From assembly GCA_020853845.1 (NCBI GenBank), contig JADYYD010000321.1:1-31588 (forward strand): a DNA stretch of 31,588 nt. The letters run 5' to 3'. Shown here piece after piece: positions 24,056 through 31,588 of this stretch. Within the stretch, counting starts at the first letter, position 1; every line of letters starts with the position of its first letter. A program made the translations under genes and the position numbers. Below the pieces are notes generated by a model. It worked only from the letters and a program-made list of their open reading frames with translations, was not told the DNA's origin and searched no databases. This stretch comes from Candidatus Melainabacteria bacterium. Lineage in GTDB: Bacteria; Cyanobacteriota; Vampirovibrionia; Obscuribacterales; Obscuribacteraceae.

Positions 24056-26803
24056 TTGTTAGTCTCCAAAGCGCGGCCCAGCGCCGATTGGCATCAAATT
24101 CGCGGTCCTGATTCTATGGCTCTTCCCCACCAGGTGCCCCTTTACCGAGCTTTAGACGCGATCGACAGCCGAGATTTCGAATCGGCTGAATCTTCGGTCG
24201 CCCAGTTTTTTGACGCGCTGGAAAATGACCCGATTGCCTTGGATTGCCGCCGCCAACATTTCGACCGGCAAGTTTTTGAAGCTGACTTCTTGAGCATTTT
24301 GACGAAAGAAGAGATTGACGCCTGGGGAGTTTTGGCGACGGTCAAGCTGAGCCGCGGCGACCTGGAAGGCGCACTTTCCGATTGTCATCGAATGATCGAG
24401 CTGATCGACCAGTATTACGGCTTTGACACGCCTTCTTGGGCGGCTCCGGAAGCAAGAATTCCGATCAATCCGGAGTTGATGAGCAGATATTTCCAGATTG
24501 CTTCCTGCCTGACGGATATTTACGACCAACTTGATGATCAAGAAATGAGCAAGCGCTGGGCTAATGTGCGCAAGACTGCCGTCTCCGATATTCAGCAGCC
24601 GGAGGAAGTGTGGGGAAGGTGGATTTCCGAAGATGACGCTGCTATGTCGGTCGGCATCACAATTTACGAATTTTCCGATTGGCGCATCGAAAAACGCGAG
24701 TCGGACGGGCGCCAGTGGCTTGCGAATATTTACAGATCGCTTCCCGATCGCGTTTCGCCGCACGAGATGAATTGGCTCGTATCAATTCATATACCGACGG
24801 ACAAAAACGCCGATGTGCCATCAAAGGCGGTGCGGTGGAAAATCTGGAGTTTGCGTCTTGCAGTTGCGGCTCGATTGCATCGCGCCGGCGCCGGTGCCTA
24901 TTTTGGCGAGCTGCAAGCGCGCGGAGAGCGGGTGTTGCTCTACTATGCCAAAAGCGAAGAAGATGCCAGAGAAGCACTCGGGCACATTTTGGAAGATGCT
25001 TCGGAGTTAAGTCCTGTCGTCCAAATCAGGAAAGATGAGGGATGGAAAGAATATTCCAAGTGGGCGGAAAGTTCCATACTCGTCTCGTCACCAATAGCGG
25101 TGCCAATGCCTGAGCCATCGGCTGAGGAGCATGAAAATGACAAGATTTTGCGCAAAATATGGCACACCTGCGAAACCATTCACAATTCATCAATTCGTCT
25201 CTATCATCTGGCTGGGCATTTTTCCGACATACCGCCCCAGTCTGCTGAGCTGAAGCAATTTTGCATCGATTATCTTTTCGCGCTCGCCAAAATGTCGGAT
25301 GGCGGTTTTATTGAGCTCGCCAGTCGTCTGCCGAAGGTCGACAGCGAATCGGCTGTCAGGGCTTTTCAAGAATTTTGGCATGACGGATATCCCGTTACTG
25401 ATGAAAATCAAACAGCGCTCAGTATTGTCGCGGAAAATCTTGCAGCCGCCGCACCTTTGAAGGCTCTTCAAATTGCCAGGGCTCTTCAAAATAATGGCTA
25501 CAGTTTGATTCACGGGGTTCTGTCAAAGATTGCTCAGAAGCTTGCCGGCACCGATCGAGAATTGGCAATGCAATTGGTGCAGGATGCGCGCACATTCATT
25601 CTTGATCGCGAGGAACAGCCATTTTCAAAAACCACACACTTGTGTGACCTCGCCAATGATGTGGCAGATTTGTTTCCTGAATTTGCCCGAGAGATGCTGA
25701 TCGAGGCTGAAGCTTTCGCGCGTGAGATTTCTCAGCCCGATGCGAAGGATCAGACTTACTGTTGTATTTTAAATTTAGCGCAGAAAATCTCCACCGAGAA
25801 GTTGCAGGAATTCACTGAAAGAGCGGTCGCTAATGCAATGGATATGGAGACGCAAGATCCCGGATACTGGGGCTTTGCCGGTCCACGGCGGGCTATTCTG
25901 TCTCAAATTTTGTTGGCTCGCTATGTTGCTTTATACGATCAAGATGCTGCTTTGGACCTTTTGAAGCACGTGTCCGAGCTGAGCAGAGAATTTGACAAAG
26001 AAGGTTTTGACAGGATTTTGCACTTGTCACATATAGCAGAGAAGGCAGCACTGCTGGACCATGCGAAGAATGAAAAATTTGCCGAGGAACTCTGGTTCGA
26101 ATTCAAAAAGAACATGGATGAGGTCACTTCCAGAGACTCTTATTTTTTGAATCAGCGTTTTGAAACCGGCAATCGCAGTCCCGTAATTCCCTTCGTCAAG
26201 GTTAATCCCGCTGTCGCCGAAGCTCGATTTACCTCGATCTTGAGTATTTGCAGAGCATCAGCTTTGCCGGAAAGAGAAGTAACTTTGCTGTGCACTTTTG
26301 CTGCCGAATTGAATGAGCAGTTTCCTAGACGTGCCAAGGAATTGCTGGCTGTTGCTGAAGATAGAGCGCAGGAATGTTCGTCCGAACAACTGCGCGCCGA
26401 ATCAAGAATGCTCGTTGTGTCGACGAAAGAGAAAATTGGTCTCGATTCCTCGGCAGAGTATGAAAGCACGATGAAGATGGTTCAGGAAGGCTTTACTGGA
26501 ACTGCGCAGTTTCATTTGTTGCTGAGTTTTGCAGCAATGTTTGTTTCTTTCTCCGTTCAAAAATGTGCGGAACTGTTAGATAAAGCAGCGGACCTTTTTG
26601 AAGCGAGTGAAACTAAAGAGTCGCAGGAAATTGAAATGCGGGAATCATTCGAAACCCTAAAAAGTTTTCCGCCCGAACTTTGCAGTCGCCTCTTTTTCCT
26701 CATGATCAATAGTCCTCAGACAAACGATGCGCAGCGCCGCTCGGCTTTGTTTTGGTTTTCCTCTCAATACGGCAAAAAGCAAGCCGAAGGAGATGGAATC
26801 TAG
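24056..26803 (+). CDS. Large (~900 aa) cytoplasmic alpha-helical repeat protein of unknown function
   Basis: Long ORF with no signal peptide or TM. Helix-favouring composition throughout and no catalytic motif recognised. The start is uncertain: TTG 24056 per the track, or ATG 24116. Its stop is 4 nt before the ROK kinase ATG. Confidence 0.5.
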   Translation: MLVSKARPSADWHQIRGPDSMALPHQVPLYRALDAIDSRDFESAESSVAQFFDALENDPIALDCRRQHFDRQVFEADFLSILTKEEIDAWGVLATVKLSRGDLEGALSDCHRMIELIDQYYGFDTPSWAAPEARIPINPELMSRYFQIASCLTDIYDQLDDQEMSKRWANVRKTAVSDIQQPEEVWGRWISEDDAAMSVGITIYEFSDWRIEKRESDGRQWLANIYRSLPDRVSPHEMNWLVSIHIPTDKNADVPSKAVRWKIWSLRLAVAARLHRAGAGAYFGELQARGERVLLYYAKSEEDAREALGHILEDASELSPVVQIRKDEGWKEYSKWAESSILVSSPIAVPMPEPSAEEHENDKILRKIWHTCETIHNSSIRLYHLAGHFSDIPPQSAELKQFCIDYLFALAKMSDGGFIELASRLPKVDSESAVRAFQEFWHDGYPVTDENQTALSIVAENLAAAAPLKALQIARALQNNGYSLIHGVLSKIAQKLAGTDRELAMQLVQDARTFILDREEQPFSKTTHLCDLANDVADLFPEFAREMLIEAEAFAREISQPDAKDQTYCCILNLAQKISTEKLQEFTERAVANAMDMETQDPGYWGFAGPRRAILSQILLARYVALYDQDAALDLLKHVSELSREFDKEGFDRILHLSHIAEKAALLDHAKNEKFAEELWFEFKKNMDEVTSRDSYFLNQRFETGNRSPVIPFVKVNPAVAEARFTSILSICRASALPEREVTLLCTFAAELNEQFPRRAKELLAVAEDRAQECSSEQLRAESRMLVVSTKEKIGLDSSAEYESTMKMVQEGFTGTAQFHLLLSFAAMFVSFSVQKCAELLDKAADLFEASETKESQEIEMRESFETLKSFPPELCSRLFFLMINSPQTNDAQRRSALFWFSSQYGKKQAEGDGI

Positions 26804-26807
26804 CTAT

Positions 26808-27752
26808 ATGCAGTGCATCGGAATTGACATTGGTGGAACGAAAATCGCGGGTGGCATTGTCACTGAGACAGGCAAAGTAATTCTTCGAGAAGAGCGTCCC
26901 ACCCCTGTTCGCGATGGTGGCAAAAAGATTCTTGCCGAAGCAATTGCTGTGGCGGCTTCTCTCAAATCAAAAACAACTGAACGCGTCGAAGCCATAGGCA
27001 TAGGTGCGGGAGGACAGATCGATGCGGTGAACGGAATCGTATTTTCTGCCACCGATGTAATCCCTGGTTGGAAAGGCATTGAGATAGCCGATGGATTTCG
27101 AGATGCATTAGGAATACACGCCGCCGTCGACAATGATGTGAATGTTCTGGCGCTGGGAGAAACTCGATTTGGCGCAGCGCGCGAATGCGCTAACGGCACG
27201 GTTGTGTTCCTCGCATTAGGAACAGGCGTAGGTGGTGCCTTATTGTCCAGAGGCGCTGTTCATCACGGGGCGCACTGGAGCGGCGGTGAGTTCGGACACA
27301 TACTTTTGACTATGGACGCTAATGCCAGATGCGATACCGGCGGGGCAAGAGGCACATTGGAAGCGTATTGCAGCGGACCGGGCCTGGTTGCGACATGGTG
27401 CGAAATTACCGGCAGAAAACAAGCCGGTATGACCGGGCACGACGTAGTCAATGACGCTCGTCAGAGCCCGTATGGAGCGGGTAGTAAGGCGATTGAGAAA
27501 ACAGGAGAATATCTTGGATTCGGCTTGGTAAGCCTTGCCAACGCGCTCGATCCTGATCTGATTATTATTGGCGGCGGACTCTCTGAACTGGGAGATTTGC
27601 TGCTGGATCCGGCCCGTCGTGTGCTGCGTGAGAGAGCGTTGCCGGGACCATCTACTTGCAAGATAGTAAGTGCGCAGTTAGGGCTAGACGCAGCGATCGT
27701 AGGAGCCGCCAGTCTTGTGCTGGGTGGAACTGCAGGCGCTGTGGTTTGCTGA
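26808..27752 (+). CDS. ROK-family sugar kinase (glucokinase-like)
   Basis: N-terminal IGIDIGGTKIAGGIV (ATP-binding DxGxT), plus ALGTGVGGALL and HWSGGEFGH typical of the ROK family. Start at ATG 26808; the track start at 26727 overlaps the upstream gene. Confidence 0.85.
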   Translation: MQCIGIDIGGTKIAGGIVTETGKVILREERPTPVRDGGKKILAEAIAVAASLKSKTTERVEAIGIGAGGQIDAVNGIVFSATDVIPGWKGIEIADGFRDALGIHAAVDNDVNVLALGETRFGAARECANGTVVFLALGTGVGGALLSRGAVHHGAHWSGGEFGHILLTMDANARCDTGGARGTLEAYCSGPGLVATWCEITGRKQAGMTGHDVVNDARQSPYGAGSKAIEKTGEYLGFGLVSLANALDPDLIIIGGGLSELGDLLLDPARRVLRERALPGPSTCKIVSAQLGLDAAIVGAASLVLGGTAGAVVC

Positions 27753-27930
27753 GGAGCGGAGAGAAGATTAAATCCTGAAAGTCTTAACTGGTGGGCGTTT
27801 GTGGGTATGCATTGCTTGCCGTGCCCGGCGGGTATAAGTATTTAAGGTGTGCCTTCATCTGGGAAACCTGGTATATAAACGCAGCGAAATTTTGAGCTGT
27901 CGATTCCGGCATATTTGGTGAGAGTGCAAA

Positions 27931-28581
27931 ATGCCAAGCTACGATCTCTGTAATGCTTCATTTGATGAATTCGTCGATTATGTTTTCAATCATCCGATTC
28001 CAGCTACCGAAGAAGAGGAGTTCTGGTATTGGGCCGATGATCTCGAAGTGAAATATGAGCCGGTCAAGCTGGTCGAGTATTACACCAGGCTTTTCAACAA
28101 TCCGCAGATACTTTCAGAAAAGTTTTCTGATGAAGAATTGGAGCATGGTCTGGCGGCCATGCGGTCATGCTTGATGCCGGGCGCAGTTTCCGAAGTTCTG
28201 TGGGAAGAGGAAGTTCCGCCCGCTTTGCGCGAGGAGTGTGTGCGGTCGATGTATCATCTATACAAAGATCTCTTCGCTGTGAAACCACTGCACACGGCTT
28301 GCTACATGTGGTGGGATTCTTTTACTGATGAATATTCGATTACTCAGGTTCATTCCGATACAGCAGAGGGCCCGAGCATACAAAATGTGATGTTTGAAAT
28401 TCTGTGCCAGACTCTGAAATTGGATTCAGAGATTTGCCAGCATGGTGCCCTGCACGGACTTGGTCATTTGCGCCATCCCGGTACTGAAGCTGTTATTCGT
28501 TCATGGATGGCGTCGAAGCCGGATCTAGATCAGCAGAGCACTGAATTTGCAGAAGAGTGCATAGTCGGCAATATGGTTTGA
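27931..28581 (+). CDS. Hypothetical cytoplasmic protein (216 aa)
   Basis: ATG with a GGTGAG SD-like sequence 8 nt upstream. Acidic, Trp/Tyr-rich (EFWYWADD, CYMWWDSF). No family recognised. Confidence 0.45.
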   Translation: MPSYDLCNASFDEFVDYVFNHPIPATEEEEFWYWADDLEVKYEPVKLVEYYTRLFNNPQILSEKFSDEELEHGLAAMRSCLMPGAVSEVLWEEEVPPALREECVRSMYHLYKDLFAVKPLHTACYMWWDSFTDEYSITQVHSDTAEGPSIQNVMFEILCQTLKLDSEICQHGALHGLGHLRHPGTEAVIRSWMASKPDLDQQSTEFAEECIVGNMV

Positions 28582-28591
28582 TACTAATACA

Positions 28592-28819
28592 CTATGCAGC
28601 CATCTTTTCTATGTTGGATGCGGCGCGGTTGATCGCAGGAAGTAAGGTTATAACCCGGAGCCGCGCATTGATGTGAGTCACGGAATTTGATACGGACTCT
28701 ACACCGGTGGCGTACCAAACGGCGGCATCAAGCGTTTCGAAATTGAACTCGTCTTCGTTGTGCTTTACGGTCCAAGTTTTTCTTGCCAAATTGCACGTTT
28801 CTTTTTTATTGCTGTTCAT
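28592..28819 (-). CDS. Small hypothetical protein (75 aa)
   Basis: ORF directly downstream of the tiny acidic ORF on the same strand. Only a weak HicB/UPF0150-like pattern (WTVKHNEDEFNFETLDAAVWYATGVES), which I do not rely on. Confidence 0.3.
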   Translation of the reverse strand: MNSNKKETCNLARKTWTVKHNEDEFNFETLDAAVWYATGVESVSNSVTHINARLRVITLLPAINRAASNIEKMAA

Positions 28820-28838
28820 CTTTCTAGTCTCATGTTTA

Positions 28839-28964
28839 TCACGCAGGAATCATCGATTCGAAGTCTTTGGATTCTTCCACAACTTTGTCATCACGGGTTG
28901 TCGACTCAACTGCGTCTTGCGTCGATTGATTTTCTCTTTCGCAGAGACCTTCGCGTTCGTCCAT
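28839..28964 (-). CDS. Possible 41-aa acidic mini-protein
   Basis: MDEREGLCERENQSTQDAVESTTRDDKVVEESKDFESMIPA, with GAGGTAGGA upstream. Found by manual translation. It is below the 60-aa track cutoff. Confidence 0.2.
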   Translation of the reverse strand: MDEREGLCERENQSTQDAVESTTRDDKVVEESKDFESMIPA

Positions 28965-29098
28965 GTTCCTACCTCTGGCTGACAGTGTTTAGACCAGGCT
29001 TGAATTCAGATGGTTCCAATGGAAATCTCAAAAAGAGTGAGCAAACAGAATATTTAAGAAACTGCCATTTCGAGCCGGTCGTGCCGAAGAACTATGTG

Positions 29099-29311
29099 TC
29101 AAGCAGCCAGCATACCTGGATAGTCAGTCAGCTTCTCTTCGATTTCTCCATCATCGGAATGCACGATCACTTCGAGATTCTCAATTTCGGCGACCTGTAA
29201 AGCTGCCACTACAGCCTCAGTTCTCGTGTCAAACGTTTCATCGCCTTCCGCCGCTGGGGTAATTTGCCAGCCCTCGGTTGTAGGGACAATATGTAATTCG
29301 TTGTTTTTCAT
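29099..29311 (-). CDS. DUF2188-like small protein
   Basis: HIVPTTEGWQI...ETFDTRTEAVVAALQVA...EVIVHSDDGEI matches the DUF2188 pattern (W-V-G-s...F-T--EA---A---A-----EL-IH--DG-I). GAGGAAG SD 7 nt upstream. Confidence 0.5.
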   Translation of the reverse strand: MKNNELHIVPTTEGWQITPAAEGDETFDTRTEAVVAALQVAEIENLEVIVHSDDGEIEEKLTDYPGMLAA

Positions 29312-29556
29312 TTTGGGGCTTCCTCAGTCATTTTCCGCTTAAAGGACAACCAAGAAGGCTGAGAGTTCCGATTTAAAATAAGCCCGACCATATTTTCTCG
29401 GGTCTGTGAGCAGGTTTTACCTAAATGCAAAAAAAGATGCCCGGCAAATAGCAGCCAGACATCAAGTAATTTGAAGGAGAAAATTGGTTTTCCTCGATAA
29501 TTGAACGCTCCCGCGTGAGGTGCCGTACCTACGTAGAGCGCGGCTCAGGGCGCGGC

Positions 29557-29745
29557 TTATGGTCCGGCTCCCGGGCGCTGCTGTTCAACTTTCGCTTCTG
29601 CAGCTTCTTTAGATTCTCTCGAACGATCAACGGAACGATCCTCCGGATCCGCCTTCTTATCGGTTCGAGTGGGAAGGCTGTCTGCCTTTTCCTGAGCGCG
29701 TTTTGCGTTTTTTGCTCCTTCGTTATCATTTTCTTCTTTCATCAT
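29557..29745 (-). CDS. Small, highly charged K/E/D/R-rich protein (62 aa; hydrophilin-like or stress-protein-like)
   Basis: GGAGGA 5 nt upstream of the ATG. Two other overlapping track ORFs (29515..29769 + and 29529..29729 -) have no RBS and I treat them as frame artefacts of the low-complexity sequence. Confidence 0.45.
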   Translation of the reverse strand: MMKEENDNEGAKNAKRAQEKADSLPTRTDKKADPEDRSVDRSRESKEAAEAKVEQQRPGAGP

Positions 29746-29957
29746 TTTTTCCTCCGCAATTTATTGTGACGACCAAATAATCGGCACAATGTTCCAAATG
29801 GCGAGGGGCTGAAAAGCATTGTCCACAGAGTGTTCTTGGTCTGTCTGGTAGCGTACAGAACAAGTAAGAAAAATCACTCTTATGCTGGCTGGTAGTGTTT
29901 AAAAAAAACAGGTTACACTTTAGGTGTCGATATTATTCTCAAATCCATCGAGGGGGT

Positions 29958-29972
29958 CACGCGTTTCGCGTG
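29958..29972. promoter_or_regulatory. Perfect palindrome CACGCG-TTT-CGCGTG, 30 nt upstream of the Crp/Fnr-family gene
   Basis: Exact 6-bp inverted repeat with a 3-nt spacer, in the divergent intergenic region between 29745 and 30002. Confidence 0.25.
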
Positions 29973-30001
29973 CGGTGGAAAGTTATTAGGCTTGTTTTTT
30001 T

Positions 30002-30715
30002 ATGATTGAAACTCAAATGGATACTCACACACAAACCCGTAACACCCTGCTTGAACGCCTTTCCGAGTCGGAAAGAAAAGCGCTGTTTCCAAGTAAGGAG
30101 CTGGTGGATATTTCACCCAAAGAAGTGGTTTATGCTCCAAGGCAACCACTGAAGCACGCATACTTCCCCGAAACATGCGTAATGTCGAAAATTACCGTGC
30201 TGGAGGATGGCACCGAAATAGAAGCCGCCACTATCGGTAACGAAGGAATGGTCGGAGTTCCGATTATCCTTGCCGCTATTGATATGCCGTCCAAAATCGT
30301 TTGCCAGATTGGTGGCACGGCTTGGAAAGTGCCTGCTGAAGAGTTGACTCAAGCCATGGAGTCAAATTCTGATTTCAGTTTAGTGCTCAGAAAATATGCG
30401 CAGGCTTTGTTTGAATTACTTGCCCAAGGTACTGCCTGCAATCGCTTGCACACAATCGAGCAGCGCTGCGCCAGATGGCTTCTTTCAACACATGATCGTG
30501 TAGAAGGTGATACTTTCTCGCTCACTCATGAATTCTTGGCGACTATGCTGGGTGTGAGAAGACCAGGCGTAAGCCTTGTGGCAAAGGCACTTCAAGATAA
30601 CGGGCTGGTCAGCTACAAGCACGGACGAATGACGATCACCAACCGCCATGGTCTCGAAGGAATTAGCTGCGAGTGCTACGCGGCAGTGCGCGACAATTAT
30701 GGTCGCCTGATCTAA
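30002..30715 (+). CDS. Crp/Fnr-family transcriptional regulator (cNMP-binding domain plus C-terminal HTH)
   Basis: Crp/Fnr-type architecture: an N-terminal effector-binding domain and a C-terminal HTH (TMLGVRRPGVSLVAKALQDNGLVSYKHGRMTITN). No FNR-type N-terminal Cys cluster. Confidence 0.8.
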   Translation: MIETQMDTHTQTRNTLLERLSESERKALFPSKELVDISPKEVVYAPRQPLKHAYFPETCVMSKITVLEDGTEIEAATIGNEGMVGVPIILAAIDMPSKIVCQIGGTAWKVPAEELTQAMESNSDFSLVLRKYAQALFELLAQGTACNRLHTIEQRCARWLLSTHDRVEGDTFSLTHEFLATMLGVRRPGVSLVAKALQDNGLVSYKHGRMTITNRHGLEGISCECYAAVRDNYGRLI

Positions 30716-30744
30716 CCGACCAGGCAGTCTCCAGGGCTAACTGA

Positions 30745-31095
30745 CTAGACAGTCAATACTGCTTGTTCTGCAGTCGGAAGGACCGATTGTTCTTGCTGGC
30801 TGCGGTTTGCTTCCGTCTCGGCTCGATGCAATCGGAAGCATGTGTTGCAGAAGGTTGGTTTATAGCCAAGCGGCTTGAACGGCAGGGTAAAGGACGAACT
30901 GCACTTTGCACAGACTGCTTGTGACACATTATCGACTGCTCGTCCGGCTCGCCGAAGCCTTGTGATAACCCGGCAATCGGAGCAGCGCTTGGGCAGGTTG
31001 CTCAGTCCTTTGGCACTAAAAAATTCTTGCTCGCCGACGGTGAAGACGAAATCGTTGGTGCAATCGCAACATTTTAAGACTTTATCTGTAAACAT
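30745..31095 (-). CDS. Tandem CxxC...CxxC zinc-ribbon protein (zf-trcl-like)
   Basis: LKCCDCTNDFVFTVGEQEFFSAKGLSNLPKRCSDCR, then a second unit CAKCSSSFTLPFKPLGYKPTFCNTCF. AAGGAG 9 nt upstream of ATG 31095; the track has TTG 31101. Confidence 0.65.
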   Translation of the reverse strand: MFTDKVLKCCDCTNDFVFTVGEQEFFSAKGLSNLPKRCSDCRVITRLRRAGRAVDNVSQAVCAKCSSSFTLPFKPLGYKPTFCNTCFRLHRAETEANRSQQEQSVLPTAEQAVLTV

Positions 31096-31439
31096 GGACA
31101 ATGCTCCTTGGAAGACGTTGCCGGCACTCGCTAACGTCGATATTCACTTGGCATATAGTGTATTACTGATTATGTGTTTGGTCTGTCCAGGCAATTGCCT
31201 AACTTTCTGTGGAAAACCCCGATAGACGGTCAATTTTTGAAGAATTAACGCTGCTTGTCTAGCGGGGCTGTAGCTGTAACTCAATAAATGCAAGCGTTTG
31301 CGGATTTTGCAACCGGTAGTAAATGTGACTGATTGTCGACAAATTGCGCTTCTACCGCGTGACGCACGACGTAAGAACGTCACACTTTTGCGCGCTTTGC
31401 AAATCAACGTTAAGCAGCCTCATTGATTCTTCAGCGGAA

Positions 31440-31588
31440 TTAGCCGGAGTTGGTCTTGAATGTTATTAACGGTGCCAGAGACGCTACAGGATAGACAAGA
31501 CCGGCATCAATCAGATCGCCGACCACTATGTCGATGTCTTTGTAGGCTTGCGGTGCTTCCTCATATAACAATTCTTTATCGGAGCAAA
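31440..31588 (-). CDS. C-terminal 48 codons of a gene that continues beyond the window end (function unknown)
   Basis: Open minus-strand frame ...CSDKELLYEEAPQAYKDIDIVVGDLIDAGLVYPVASLAPLITFKTNSG* with its stop at 31440-31442. Confidence 0.3.
   Translation of the reverse strand, partial: CSDKELLYEEAPQAYKDIDIVVGDLIDAGLVYPVASLAPLITFKTNSG

Noticed and set aside
29767-29795. CRP-like TGTGA...CACAA dyad upstream of the small charged-protein gene
   Set aside because: The half-site spacing is about 15 nt, not the 6 nt of CRP sites.
31144-31407. 87-aa minus-strand ORF
   Set aside because: Cys/Arg-rich improbable composition, no RBS, and it lies in an intergenic region full of short palindromes (TTGCAA, GTGACG...CGTCAC). 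More likely regulatory DNA.
1-31588. CRISPR arrays, tRNA/rRNA genes, insertion sequences, integrases
   Set aside because: I scanned for regularly spaced identical repeats, tRNA-like cloverleaf regions and transposase or integrase-like ORFs, and found none. The only repeats are intragenic low-complexity tandem repeats and the TTGCAT array.

Overview
This 31.6-kb window reads as bacterial chromosomal DNA with about 50% GC and intact coding density. I found no rRNA, tRNA, CRISPR array, transposase or integrase. It encodes an unusual number of secreted or membrane proteins with low-complexity tandem-repeat segments.

Recognisable content, in window order:
- A family-1 encapsulin operon: a metal-binding helical cargo candidate with a Gly/His-rich linker and a C-terminal TVGPLW targeting-peptide-like tail, directly followed by the HK97-fold shell gene.
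- A divergent pair encoding a membrane-anchored protein and a secreted protein with a lysine/proline/alanine (KPA)-repeat tail.
- A secreted-hydrolase cluster: a TPR plus matrixin-type HExxHxxGxxH metalloprotease with a proline-rich repeat tail, a beta-lactamase-family serine hydrolase, and an alpha/beta hydrolase.
- Three secreted hypotheticals: one with an AAKTVQ x5 repeat, one NTF2/SnoaL-like, and one with four tandem RGD motifs plus a Trp-rich segment.
- RecQ helicase.
- A three-gene module that I consider the most interesting part of the window: a Tat-exported NosZ/thiocyanate-dehydrogenase-like His-rich beta-propeller that lacks the CuA cupredoxin domain; a MacB/FtsX-type permease; and an ABC ATPase fused to a C-terminal membrane anchor plus a roughly 200-aa extracytoplasmic domain.
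- An RRM-type RNA-binding protein and an M13 (neprilysin/PepO-like) metallopeptidase.
- An array of TTGCAT direct repeats ahead of a small ORF that has a perfect Shine-Dalgarno (SD) sequence.
- An 880-aa membrane protein with acidic [DE]xWG[AP] repeats, a YbjQ-family protein, a 915-aa helical protein translationally coupled to a ROK kinase, and a cluster of small genes that includes a DUF2188-like protein.
- A Crp/Fnr regulator with a perfect palindrome upstream, and a tandem zinc-ribbon protein.

All functional calls come from motifs read by eye in the supplied translations. I ran no database or HMM searches. Coordinates follow the ORF track convention and include stop codons.
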